The notes beneath the pieces are model-generated. The model had not been told where the DNA came from. It searched no databases and worked only from the letters and a program-made list of their open reading frames with translations. Both the position numbers and the translations under genes were made by a program. From IMG/VR virus record IMGVR_UViG_3300032280_000442, positions 224,001 through 288,000 of that record: 64,000 nucleotides of DNA; one strand, written 5' to 3'. This stretch comes from a virus (Duplodnaviria > Caudoviricetes). Shown piece by piece: positions 49,313 to 58,611 of the stretch. The stretch's first letter is position 1. Each line of letters starts with the position of its first letter.

Positions 49313-51193
49313 CTAATCTTTTAGAAGTTTACTTAATTGGGCTTCAATATCCCCTAAAGAATTTTTTCCTTTGGATAAATCAATGAATGATTCGTCTTCT
49401 GTTAAGGTTGAACTCTCAACTAAAATTTTTAAATTATCTCTTTTAAATGATTCCGGTGTAACTCCCGCTTCACCTCCCGGTTCAGGTCCAGGTGCTGGTT
49501 CAGGTGCTCCACCCAATTCAGGTTCTCCACCCAATTCAGGTCCACCTAAATCTTCCATTCCTCCGCCTCCTCCGAAGCCTCCTCCTCCACCAGGTGGTGG
49601 TGGGGATGATGGTGCCGCTCCACCCGCAGTTGTACCTGACGGTGCGTTTCCGTATAATTTATCAATATTATCAAAGATACCTGTATGAGTGATTATGGTT
49701 GCGGTATTAGTTAACTCAGCACCCACAGCCATTTCAATTCTCTGTTGTTGTAAGTCAAGTTTAATTTCTTCGTCTGAGAATCCTAAAATATGTTTCTTAG
49801 CCCACGATACAGATACCGGAGCGATTCCCGCAATTGCCGCAACACCTTGTTGGTATAAAGCAATTTTTTCTTTCCAAAGTTCAATTTTTAATAAATCAGC
49901 TTGTGATGATGGATTAGTTAACGCTAATGTAAAGTTTGATAATTCATCTTCAAATCCTAATAAGAATAAATGGATGATTGCAATTTTATTTAATTCGGCA
50001 ATCATAGATTTTTGAATCTTATTAATTGTTCTTGCAAAACGAATATCCATTAACGATAAATTTTTACCATCACCGGCAGTTTCTTCAAAACCTAAAAACG
50101 CCTTAGGAACTCTAAGAGCCGTTAATAATTTCTTTTGGATATATTCTATATCGGCAATCTCTGATAAGTTCTGAGCTCCCGCTAATGTTTCAATTGGCAT
50201 TGACGCGGCTGGGTCTCTAACAGGAATAAAATAATCTTGGTCAACAGCCATTTGATTAAATCTCATATCCACATTACCTGTTTTGGAATCAACAACTTGG
50301 TCTCTTTTGAATTTGTTTGCAACACGTTGTACATATGCCTCAACATCTTTGTCATCCATATTACCTACGAATACTTTGAATACACGTCTTTCAGGTGCTC
50401 TCGATGTACGATAAATTAACATTGCATCTTCAGACAATAATAATTGTTTCCAAATACGTCTTGCCTTTTCTAACATTGAGGTTCCGTAAGGAAGTTTTCT
50501 ATCATCACCTAATAAACGGAAGTGAGCAATTTCCCAAGAGTTGAACTCCATATCTTTTGCTTTCCATTTAAATCTTAAACCTTTGTTTTCTACCGGTTCT
50601 TCAAGATTTGCCGATTTTGCAGCCATACCTCTTTCCAAACGTTCTATTTCAATGTTTGGTAATTGCATACAACCAACAATACCTTTATCAGAATCTAATT
50701 TTAAGTAAACAAAATTATCACCATATTTACAAGTATTTCTTGTCCACATAGTTAAGTTTGTATTGATATCCAATACATTGTTAAATAAATCGGCTAATAT
50801 TGATTTTATTCTTTTTGATTCAGAATAAATTTGTAACATATATCCATTCTCATCTACCGTAGTAGATTCTTCACCATAAATGTCTAATGCCGCTGATATC
50901 TCAGGAGTATATTCCATTGATTCGTAATCATAAAATGACGCCAAACGAGTTGGTTCATAATAAACGGCTTGAGTATATAAATTACTTTCAATCTTAGTCC
51001 ATTGGTTAGATAGATAATAAGTTTGTTGTGCTTGTAATTTTTCTCTTTCATATTCTGCTTGAGAAGTAGTTTTTAATAACTCTTTTTTGTCAAGCTTATA
51101 TGTTGGGTAGTCTTGATTTAATAGTGAATTTGGACCAAAAGCTCTTGATAACCTTTGCCAAACCGTTAAATCGTTATTTTGATTATTTTCCAT
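49313..51193 (-). CDS. gp20: Portal vertex protein (T4 gp20-like)
   Basis: PEISAALD, EDAMLIYR..RAPERRVF..FVGN, DYFIP.R, IETL.G.QNL and LRVP motifs. Confidence 0.95.
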   Translation of the reverse strand: MENNQNNDLTVWQRLSRAFGPNSLLNQDYPTYKLDKKELLKTTSQAEYEREKLQAQQTYYLSNQWTKIESNLYTQAVYYEPTRLASFYDYESMEYTPEISAALDIYGEESTTVDENGYMLQIYSESKRIKSILADLFNNVLDINTNLTMWTRNTCKYGDNFVYLKLDSDKGIVGCMQLPNIEIERLERGMAAKSANLEEPVENKGLRFKWKAKDMEFNSWEIAHFRLLGDDRKLPYGTSMLEKARRIWKQLLLSEDAMLIYRTSRAPERRVFKVFVGNMDDKDVEAYVQRVANKFKRDQVVDSKTGNVDMRFNQMAVDQDYFIPVRDPAASMPIETLAGAQNLSEIADIEYIQKKLLTALRVPKAFLGFEETAGDGKNLSLMDIRFARTINKIQKSMIAELNKIAIIHLFLLGFEDELSNFTLALTNPSSQADLLKIELWKEKIALYQQGVAAIAGIAPVSVSWAKKHILGFSDEEIKLDLQQQRIEMAVGAELTNTATIITHTGIFDNIDKLYGNAPSGTTAGGAAPSSPPPPGGGGGFGGGGGMEDLGGPELGGEPELGGAPEPAPGPEPGGEAGVTPESFKRDNLKILVESSTLTEDESFIDLSKGKNSLGDIEAQLSKLLKD

Positions 51194-51221
51194 ATTCTAA
51201 ATTTAAATATAATTTTCTTTA

Positions 51222-51229
51222 TATAAATA
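51222..51229 (-). promoter_or_regulatory. Putative late-promoter motif
   Basis: TATTTATA on the minus strand, 28 nt upstream of the portal ATG. Confidence 0.55.
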
Positions 51230-51271
51230 GTGGTAACAATCATTAATGACCATTAATATAGTTTAGTTACT

Positions 51272-52948
51272 CTATATTAGACCACCATCAGTAATAGTCC
51301 AACTGTTAGGTGGTGAAATTAATATAGCTTTAGAAGCCGTTGCCCCACTTGTATGTTTAATTGTCCCAAAATTTATTATTTTATTTGCCAATACAGGTCT
51401 TGATGCCCAACCTATTAATAAGTTATCATAATTTGTTGTTGAATAGTCATTATATGTTTTACCACTCATAAAACCACCCGAGGTACCAAATGTCGTAACT
51501 CCAGACACAACCCAATTACCAATAGGTTGGTTGAAAGCGTAAGCGTTAAAGAACATATCACTCATATTTGTCACTTTTACCGTATTCCAAGAATTTAAAG
51601 GTTGGTTGAACGACGAGGCTCTAACAAACATACCCGTCATACTAGTCACATTAGAGGTGTTCCAACCACTAATATCTTGATTAAACGCCATAGGTAATCT
51701 TGGGCTGGTGTAAGCGTAGAACATAAAATCCATTCTTGTAACTCCCGAAGTATTCCAAGAACCAATTGGTTGATTAAAATAAGGTTGTCCAACAAACATT
51801 TGTAACATAGTTATAACTTTGGATGTGTTCCAATTATTAATACTATTAGAACCTCCATTATTAAACACACCATCACCCCTACTACAATTAAATAAATAAG
51901 CCATAGTTGTAACTCCTGAAGTATTCCAAGAACCAATGTTTTGGTTAAAAGATGTAGCATCAAAAAACGTTCCATATAAAGATTGGCAAGACGATAAATT
52001 CCAATTCCCAATATCTTGGTTAAACGCACCCTTAGAAAACATAAGTTCCATTGTAACAACCTTAGATGTGTCCCAATTACCTATTGGTTGATTAAAATTA
52101 TGGTATACACCTGAAGAGTCTGAACCAAACAGATATCTCATTGTTGTAACTCCTGAAGTATTCCAATTATTAATATCAGGACTTCCACCATTATTAAAGT
52201 TTCTAGCATTAGCAAATACGTTTTGCATATCTATAACATTTGAAGTATTCCATCCTCCAACATTATCATTAAAATTAGTACTATTTTCAAACATTCTATT
52301 TAATGATTTAATATTTGAAGTATCCCAATTATTAATATTTGCAATTGTGGTTAATGAAGGGCAGGAGTAAAAGAACGTAGTCAATGCTGACATACTTGTT
52401 AAATCAGGTTCACCAGTTACACCGGTTAAAACTAAATTAGTACATCCAAAGAATGTTCCATAATTATTATTAGGTGAGAATTTATTTCCCCAATGTTTAA
52501 TTTCCCTAAGTTTTAATTTATCACCCGCATTATTAAAACAGAATCCACTAACAAATCCATCAATAGTTATTGTATAATCACCGGCACCTGTATAAGTGTG
52601 GGTTCTATTTGCGTATGAATTGACGGAAGTAGTACCATCACCCCAATCAATTAAACCTGAGTACATACTTCCGGACGCAAGATATGGTAAGGTAACCGTT
52701 TCAGTTGCTCCTGTTGTTCTCCAAACTGAAATAAATTCTGTTGGTGGCGGACAAGGAATATTTAACGAACAAGTTTTATTGTAATTAGGTAAATAGATAT
52801 CATACGTTCCATAATAATCTTCGGTTTCGTAATCATATGGTAAGGTAACACTTCCAATAAGAATACTTCCACCTGAGCAAGGGTAAAATGTAATGTCGGC
52901 TATTTGTCCGTCGTAATTTGTTGTTAATATTTCTAAAATTGTTGCCAT
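51272..52948 (-). CDS. PKD + DUF285/BspA-like repeat surface protein
   Basis: FISVWRTT...IDWGDG, FNQPIG.WNTS.VT.M..MF repeats and a C-terminal W.ITDGG shared with 3175-5430. Confidence 0.88.
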   Translation of the reverse strand: MATILEILTTNYDGQIADITFYPCSGGSILIGSVTLPYDYETEDYYGTYDIYLPNYNKTCSLNIPCPPPTEFISVWRTTGATETVTLPYLASGSMYSGLIDWGDGTTSVNSYANRTHTYTGAGDYTITIDGFVSGFCFNNAGDKLKLREIKHWGNKFSPNNNYGTFFGCTNLVLTGVTGEPDLTSMSALTTFFYSCPSLTTIANINNWDTSNIKSLNRMFENSTNFNDNVGGWNTSNVIDMQNVFANARNFNNGGSPDINNWNTSGVTTMRYLFGSDSSGVYHNFNQPIGNWDTSKVVTMELMFSKGAFNQDIGNWNLSSCQSLYGTFFDATSFNQNIGSWNTSGVTTMAYLFNCSRGDGVFNNGGSNSINNWNTSKVITMLQMFVGQPYFNQPIGSWNTSGVTRMDFMFYAYTSPRLPMAFNQDISGWNTSNVTSMTGMFVRASSFNQPLNSWNTVKVTNMSDMFFNAYAFNQPIGNWVVSGVTTFGTSGGFMSGKTYNDYSTTNYDNLLIGWASRPVLANKIINFGTIKHTSGATASKAILISPPNSWTITDGGLI

Positions 52949-52987
52949 ATATTATTCGTAAGTGTAAATTGTTCCGTTATAAAAAAG

Positions 52988-54055
52988 TTAATCTTTTATT
53001 AATCTCACTGAAAGTCCATTAGCTTTACTAATAACTGAACTATTGATATTAGTACTATTATAAGCAATATATCGGTAATAAGCGAATGTTAATATAAACT
53101 CTGTTGAACTCCACCAGAACCCTTGATTATTAATAAGGTTAAAGGATGTTGTGCGTATTCCTCCACCAAACGCTGAAAATCCGCTAGAATTAGTTGCCTG
53201 ATTAGGTGTTAACCAATGACAACCACCTGTTTCTTTCATTGCTCCACCGGCAGGACTTGTTCCTCCTAAATAATTTACAAGAGTTGTCCATTCGGTATCA
53301 GAAGGAATATGATAACCGGTTGGTGCCAATCCTCTTGGGTCGTTTACCGCATACCAATTGTATAATTTTCCGTAAGTTGTTCCTGTAACCGAATCATTGT
53401 TATAGTAACACCAAGCACCTGTGGTTAAATTATTCCAAGTTGTTTGGTCAGTAACTTGAGGAATTACATCACCGTTACGATAAGTTGTTACATCTAAATT
53501 ACATTTTGCCCACGTTTGAGTTCCAATCAATACATCCTGTGTTGTACAATTTGGGCACGGATTTAATGTCGGTGTAGGTGTGGGTGTTTTAGTAAGTGTA
53601 GGAGTTGGAGTCAAAGTAGATGTTGGAGTAAATGTTGGGGTTGATGTTGGGGTTGATGTTATTGATAATGTTGAAGTAAGTGTTGGAGTTGGTGTGATTG
53701 TAGGTGTTGGTGTTGGGGTTGGTGTTATTGACTTAACAACATATGTAAAATCACAAAATGGTTGAGATGTTTGAGACGGTGTTGGAGTTGGACGATTACC
53801 CTCATTTACTGGTGTAGGTTTAGGAAAATGTTTAGTAATGTTAATGTTATCACCACCTTTTACAGTAAAAATCCCTTGTCCTTCAACATTAAGTTTTGAG
53901 CCCGCAATAATATTACCTGATTTTTTTCTGATAACAAAAAAACCGGATTTAAAATTGTTTTGAACAATAACACCATTTGGTTTGTTTTCTTCGTTTAAAT
54001 CAAGATTAATATTTACGGAAACATCAATACTTCTCTTTCTATCTGAGATACCCAT
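52988..54055 (-). CDS. Pro/Thr-linker protein with a C-terminal FISUMP (Fibrobacter succinogenes major paralogous) domain
   Basis: IGTQTW..CNL...YRNGD.IP...AWCYY...YGKLYNWYAV.D.RGLAP.G.HIPS..EW...GFWWSS...GLSVRLIKD. Confidence 0.88.
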   Translation of the reverse strand: MGISDRKRSIDVSVNINLDLNEENKPNGVIVQNNFKSGFFVIRKKSGNIIAGSKLNVEGQGIFTVKGGDNINITKHFPKPTPVNEGNRPTPTPSQTSQPFCDFTYVVKSITPTPTPTPTITPTPTLTSTLSITSTPTSTPTFTPTSTLTPTPTLTKTPTPTPTLNPCPNCTTQDVLIGTQTWAKCNLDVTTYRNGDVIPQVTDQTTWNNLTTGAWCYYNNDSVTGTTYGKLYNWYAVNDPRGLAPTGYHIPSDTEWTTLVNYLGGTSPAGGAMKETGGCHWLTPNQATNSSGFSAFGGGIRTTSFNLINNQGFWWSSTEFILTFAYYRYIAYNSTNINSSVISKANGLSVRLIKD

Positions 54056-54078
54056 TTATTCTTTTTAAATAAATATAA

Positions 54079-55845
54079 TCACATACCAAATAACCAACCA
54101 TATTTTTGATAATCTTCACGACTAACTTGTTGGCCTCCAAATTGATTCATTCTATCTTGATAATGTGGTATTACAGGGTCAAAATTTATATTCTCTTTAA
54201 TTGATTCATTATTACTTACAGACCAAGAATCAATCATTGCCTTGGTTTGTTCGGTAACCTTAGTTAATTTACTAAAAGAAGATTCTGCGACGTAAGTTGC
54301 CATCGCAATTGACATAATTAAATCATCGTGATGTCCTTTTTGGTGGTCAGGACGACCATTGATATAAACAAAGGTGTTCATCTCATTATACAAACGATTA
54401 CTATAAATTTTAAATTTATGTCTCATTACTTCTTCAAACGACGCAATAATTTGAACCCTTTTGTTGTTAAAATTTATTCCCGGAATTTTATCCATAGCTT
54501 TTGGGTCATACTTCCATTTGTTTGCCAAATCAAGACCGTCAACATATAAATCTCGGTAATTCATTTCTTGTAGTTTTCTTGCCGTTGAAACCCCCATTCC
54601 ACCGGTGATATCAATTACAACAAAACAAGAATAGATTGTTGCCCATTTATGACAAATTTCCGCCATAGTATCCGGAGGTAATTTTCCAACATATTCCGCA
54701 ACTTGTTCTTGTGTATCAAAATCTATAATTTGAAATGAACTGAAATCCTCAGAATCCCCACGAGAAACGTCGACACCCATAATGTATTTATGTCCCACAA
54801 TCGGGTCTTTCCAAATCCAAAGAGCGTTACCCATTAATTTGTTAATGGGTTCTTTAACCATATTCTCACGGATATCTTGCATCATAAGAGAATCAAATAC
54901 GTTATCTCCGGAACCTAAGAAGTTACATTCTAACTCCTGAGATACTTTTCGTTTGTCGTATTTTAATTTTTTTACCATCGCCTCAAACCAAGATGAACAA
55001 GGTTTGTATCCGTCTGCCATCAATAATTTAACATCATCAAAATTTCTAGCATCATAAGACTTACTTCCCCAATCAATAAAATCATTAGGATTGTATTCTT
55101 CTTTGTTTAAAAGGTAATGGATTATATTGTCAGTTTTTACAAAATATAAATCTTTTGTATAACGTGGGTCACGATACCAAAACATCTCCGTAATTTTAAA
55201 ATCATTCATATTACGTAACGCTTGGTCATATATCTCATAGTAAATTGGGTCATATCCGTTGGGAGTTGAAACCACAATTACTTTACCCCCCGTAGATAGG
55301 GATGCCATACAGGCAGACCAGAAATCACTATCGGCCTCGATAAACGCTGCCTCATCAAATACAAGTATGGTAGGTGTAAATCCACGCAAGGCATCCTTAG
55401 ATGTTGCAACGGCTTTGACCTCACACCCATTTGTTAATTTATAGTGTCTTTGGGAATTTTTTGATTTATCAAAATCTACACCGGTCCAAGAAGGCCATTG
55501 TCCAACGAACGATTTTATTTTGTTCGCCATCTCCAATGAAGTATCCAACTTATTGGCAATAATCAATATCTTCTCAGGAGTTTCTTTTCTAGCAAATATT
55601 AATTTTTTAGACATCCAAGCCGCGGTAACTGTTGATACCCCGGCCTGTCTGTATTTTAATGCTATGTTTTCGTTGTAGTTTTCGTAATCGTCTAATAGAG
55701 TAATTTGGTCCGGGAAAAGTTCCAAAGGAACATATTTTTTTACCGTGTTATCATACGTTTCTAAATACGTTTTTAATGCGTATTCCGTATCTCTATTACA
55801 TTTTACGTACTCTATAAGTACTTGTTCTCTTGTTAAATTAGACAT
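54079..55845 (-). CDS. gp17: Terminase large subunit (T4 gp17-like)
   Basis: LFPDQ, KYRQAGVST, VFDEAAFI, VSTPNG, QELEC.F, GVDVSRG and HHDDLIMS motifs. Confidence 0.95.
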   Translation of the reverse strand: MSNLTREQVLIEYVKCNRDTEYALKTYLETYDNTVKKYVPLELFPDQITLLDDYENYNENIALKYRQAGVSTVTAAWMSKKLIFARKETPEKILIIANKLDTSLEMANKIKSFVGQWPSWTGVDFDKSKNSQRHYKLTNGCEVKAVATSKDALRGFTPTILVFDEAAFIEADSDFWSACMASLSTGGKVIVVSTPNGYDPIYYEIYDQALRNMNDFKITEMFWYRDPRYTKDLYFVKTDNIIHYLLNKEEYNPNDFIDWGSKSYDARNFDDVKLLMADGYKPCSSWFEAMVKKLKYDKRKVSQELECNFLGSGDNVFDSLMMQDIRENMVKEPINKLMGNALWIWKDPIVGHKYIMGVDVSRGDSEDFSSFQIIDFDTQEQVAEYVGKLPPDTMAEICHKWATIYSCFVVIDITGGMGVSTARKLQEMNYRDLYVDGLDLANKWKYDPKAMDKIPGINFNNKRVQIIASFEEVMRHKFKIYSNRLYNEMNTFVYINGRPDHQKGHHDDLIMSIAMATYVAESSFSKLTKVTEQTKAMIDSWSVSNNESIKENINFDPVIPHYQDRMNQFGGQQVSREDYQKYGWLFGM

Positions 55846-55866
55846 ACATACTGTTGTCGGTAATTT

Positions 55867-57252
55867 TTAGAATCCTAACGCAGATAAATCAATATCGTCT
55901 AAGTCATCTAAGTCATCAAAATCATCATTATTATTTCCATAATTATCACTATCATCATCGTCATCAGACATTTTTGATTCATATTCGTGTTTTTTAAGGA
56001 TTTCAACAATTTCGTTAACCATTCTATTTATTACCTCTTTTGCTTCAGGTTTATCAGCCATAATAGCTTTTGCTAATACCATAAAATCTTTCGCCTCTAA
56101 TTGAGACAATTTCATAAATAAGTATTGTTGAAGGTGTCTTTGGTCATCTTCATATAATTTGTCAGGCCACACTTCTCTAAATTTTTCCCAAAATATTGGA
56201 CCTAATCTTGAGTCCCATATTTCCGCAGGTAATGTATCTTCAGCACCAACAACCATACTTCTTTGAACAGGGTCGTTTGGTAAGCCTTGGTCACCATATA
56301 ATGAATAAATACCTTTAACTATCTCGTGTACCAATAACGGGAAGGTAAATGCTTTTGCTCTAATTGTTGGTGGGTCTGTTTCAGGGTCTGATTCTGATTG
56401 CCCCATTTGACCACCACCTGAACCGGCCATTCCTTCCATATCAGGATATAACCAATATAAGTGTTCCATTAGTGATTGTGTTACACCATATAAATTCAAT
56501 AAGTTTGGACTTAATCTATTTATTTCATCACTAACTAACGTATACATATGACCACCTTTAAATGCCGCTCCTTGAACTAATGAATTAATCATTCTTCTTT
56601 TCGCTTTCTCTAAATTGAATTTTTCCATAGAATCCATAAAGTCTTCTATTTCTTCTTGGTGTTCTTCACCCTCTTTGAACGCCTCTTCAACATCTTCTTC
56701 ATCCGGTTGTTCAGGTTGTGTTTGCATTCCTTCAGACGCACCCATTGGCCCACTAACTAACTCAACATCAAATTGTAATTGTCCTTCAGGAATTCCTAAT
56801 TCTTTTTTAACTAAATCAACCGCTAAGTTTTCAAGATATTCTTTGTTTTGAACCTCAACTCTTTTAATTTGTTGTAAACCATTCATAACAGAACTCATAA
56901 GTCCCATCATAGGATTATTTCCTTGAATTGGTGTCGTATCACCTAAAAATCTTCTTACTTTATCAACAGAGTCCTTAAATCTTTGTGAAGATATTGTTTC
57001 AACAAAATCTCTATCACCATCTTGTGGTAACGCAGGATGTTCAGCGTACGGAGTTCTTTTTTGTTGGATTTGATTTTCAATTCCCGGTTCCATTCTTTCT
57101 GGTCCTTCATAACTAACAGGTGCTTCATTTAAACGACGATTAATTTCGTTTAACATAGTTTGTTGGTTATTAGTCAAACCTTCATTAACTAATTTTTTAT
57201 CTAAGTCACTTTTGACTTTCAATATCTTTTCCATTTTTAAATTTGCACTCAT
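55867..57252 (-). CDS. Hypothetical protein, probable head-associated
   Basis: 461 aa; LVNE/RLNE motifs near the N-terminus; acidic tail. Confidence 0.8.
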   Translation of the reverse strand: MSANLKMEKILKVKSDLDKKLVNEGLTNNQQTMLNEINRRLNEAPVSYEGPERMEPGIENQIQQKRTPYAEHPALPQDGDRDFVETISSQRFKDSVDKVRRFLGDTTPIQGNNPMMGLMSSVMNGLQQIKRVEVQNKEYLENLAVDLVKKELGIPEGQLQFDVELVSGPMGASEGMQTQPEQPDEEDVEEAFKEGEEHQEEIEDFMDSMEKFNLEKAKRRMINSLVQGAAFKGGHMYTLVSDEINRLSPNLLNLYGVTQSLMEHLYWLYPDMEGMAGSGGGQMGQSESDPETDPPTIRAKAFTFPLLVHEIVKGIYSLYGDQGLPNDPVQRSMVVGAEDTLPAEIWDSRLGPIFWEKFREVWPDKLYEDDQRHLQQYLFMKLSQLEAKDFMVLAKAIMADKPEAKEVINRMVNEIVEILKKHEYESKMSDDDDDSDNYGNNNDDFDDLDDLDDIDLSALGF

Positions 57253-57254
57253 AA

Positions 57255-58211
57255 TTATTTTTGTTTAAGACCTAACGAATTAAATTTTAAAAAATTTGGT
57301 AATTCTCTTTTGATTGCTTTCGGAGCCCCTTGTTTACTTGGGTCCGGAGCGAAAGGATGTTTTGGTGTTGTACCAGGACTAACTTTTGGTTTTGCCGGAG
57401 CAACTTCAGTTCCTTCACCAACTTCTTTTTTCATAGCCTTTGGAGCTCCTTTTTTATTAGGGTCCGGTTTGAATGGGTGTTTCGGTGTTGTACCAGGTTT
57501 TACTTTTGGTTTTGCAGGTGCTGTTTTTGTGTCACCTTCTAAAAGATTTTCAAAATCTTTTTTAGACATTTTTGGTGTAATGTGTTTTTCTACAAGTCTC
57601 ATAATTTCTTTTTCAATTTTACTTTCTCCCATAGTCATCGTTGGTCTTATCTCACCTAATTTAGCTTGTGCAATTTTATTTAATGCACCACTAATCATTT
57701 CTTGATAATTCTCTTTTGTTTCTTTTTTCTTTTCAGGAAGTTTGGCAAAGTTAGTCTTTTCTGCAAACTCATCAGCCATTTTACACCATTTTTTTTGTTC
57801 TTTTGTTTTTCCATCACCACATTTAGCGAAGAAGTATTTTTGTTGTTTTTTTGATTCAAATTTTTCGTCAATCTCTTTTTCTTCAAACATACCCATTCCA
57901 TCCTCAGTTGCATCAGGGTCTTGAACCACATTTAATGTATCGTCTTCTTCAATTTCTTGGTTTTCACCCATAGGTGTTGCCATAATAGTTCCGTCAGAAT
58001 TTTTTTTAATATTATATCCTTTAGGTGTTGCCGGTAAATCACCTCCTTGTTCACCAACTTTATATCCCGTTTTAGCGGGTTCTGTTATTGGTGTTATTTG
58101 TTCTTGTAATTTATTGAATAATAAATCAACCTGACTATCAGTCATTTTATTTAGAGTAGAGGCTTTAATCCCTTCTTTTACTAGTTTCAATTTTTTTTGA
58201 TTAGTGTTCAT
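57255..58211 (-). CDS. Hypothetical protein with a duplicated Lys/Pro-rich C-terminal motif
   Basis: Likely start MNTNQKK at 58211; two APAKPKV.PGTTPKHPF.PDP.K.GAPKA units. Confidence 0.75.
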   Translation of the reverse strand: MNTNQKKLKLVKEGIKASTLNKMTDSQVDLLFNKLQEQITPITEPAKTGYKVGEQGGDLPATPKGYNIKKNSDGTIMATPMGENQEIEEDDTLNVVQDPDATEDGMGMFEEKEIDEKFESKKQQKYFFAKCGDGKTKEQKKWCKMADEFAEKTNFAKLPEKKKETKENYQEMISGALNKIAQAKLGEIRPTMTMGESKIEKEIMRLVEKHITPKMSKKDFENLLEGDTKTAPAKPKVKPGTTPKHPFKPDPNKKGAPKAMKKEVGEGTEVAPAKPKVSPGTTPKHPFAPDPSKQGAPKAIKRELPNFLKFNSLGLKQK

Positions 58212-58611
58212 ATTCAATTGTTTTTTCAAATTCCAATACGATATCTCTCTCGTATAATTTATCTTTGACTGATTGTTCAGTTTCACCAAACTTGAAAACC
58301 AATCTTCTTTGACGAGTGAAGTCAACGTCTTCACTTTCGTTTTCCCAACATAATGCGATTATATCATCCATTGAATCTATCATCGAAAAATAGTCAGAGT
58401 TTTGAATTACTGACATTGTGATTTGGTCATTCTTCAAAACTCCTACTTTTTTAATGTGTTCTATGTCCGGTGGAAGTGGATAACCATTTGATGGTTTTGA
58501 CTCCCAAGCTTCACCCCAAACATCTTCAGAACTATCCGAGAAAATAAATTCATATATGTTATCACCTTTATAGTTAGGTCCTAATTCATTAACATATATT
58601 AAATAACTCAT
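58201..58611 (-). CDS. Hypothetical protein
   Basis: 136-aa ORF coupled to both neighbours. Confidence 0.75.
   Translation of the reverse strand: MSYLIYVNELGPNYKGDNIYEFIFSDSSEDVWGEAWESKPSNGYPLPPDIEHIKKVGVLKNDQITMSVIQNSDYFSMIDSMDDIIALCWENESEDVDFTRQRRLVFKFGETEQSVKDKLYERDIVLEFEKTIEYEH

Noticed and set aside
52988-53200. Complete diversity-generating retroelement
   Set aside because: No reverse transcriptase or template repeat is visible in this window; kept only as a low-level possibility.
43233-55845. Inteins or introns in the capsid, portal or terminase genes
   Set aside because: The ORFs are continuous with plausible lengths, and no intein splice motifs were recognised.
58212-58334. Upstream start of the 57255 ORF given by the track
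   Set aside because: It overlaps the upstream gene by more than 120 nt; ATG 58211 gives a typical short overlap.
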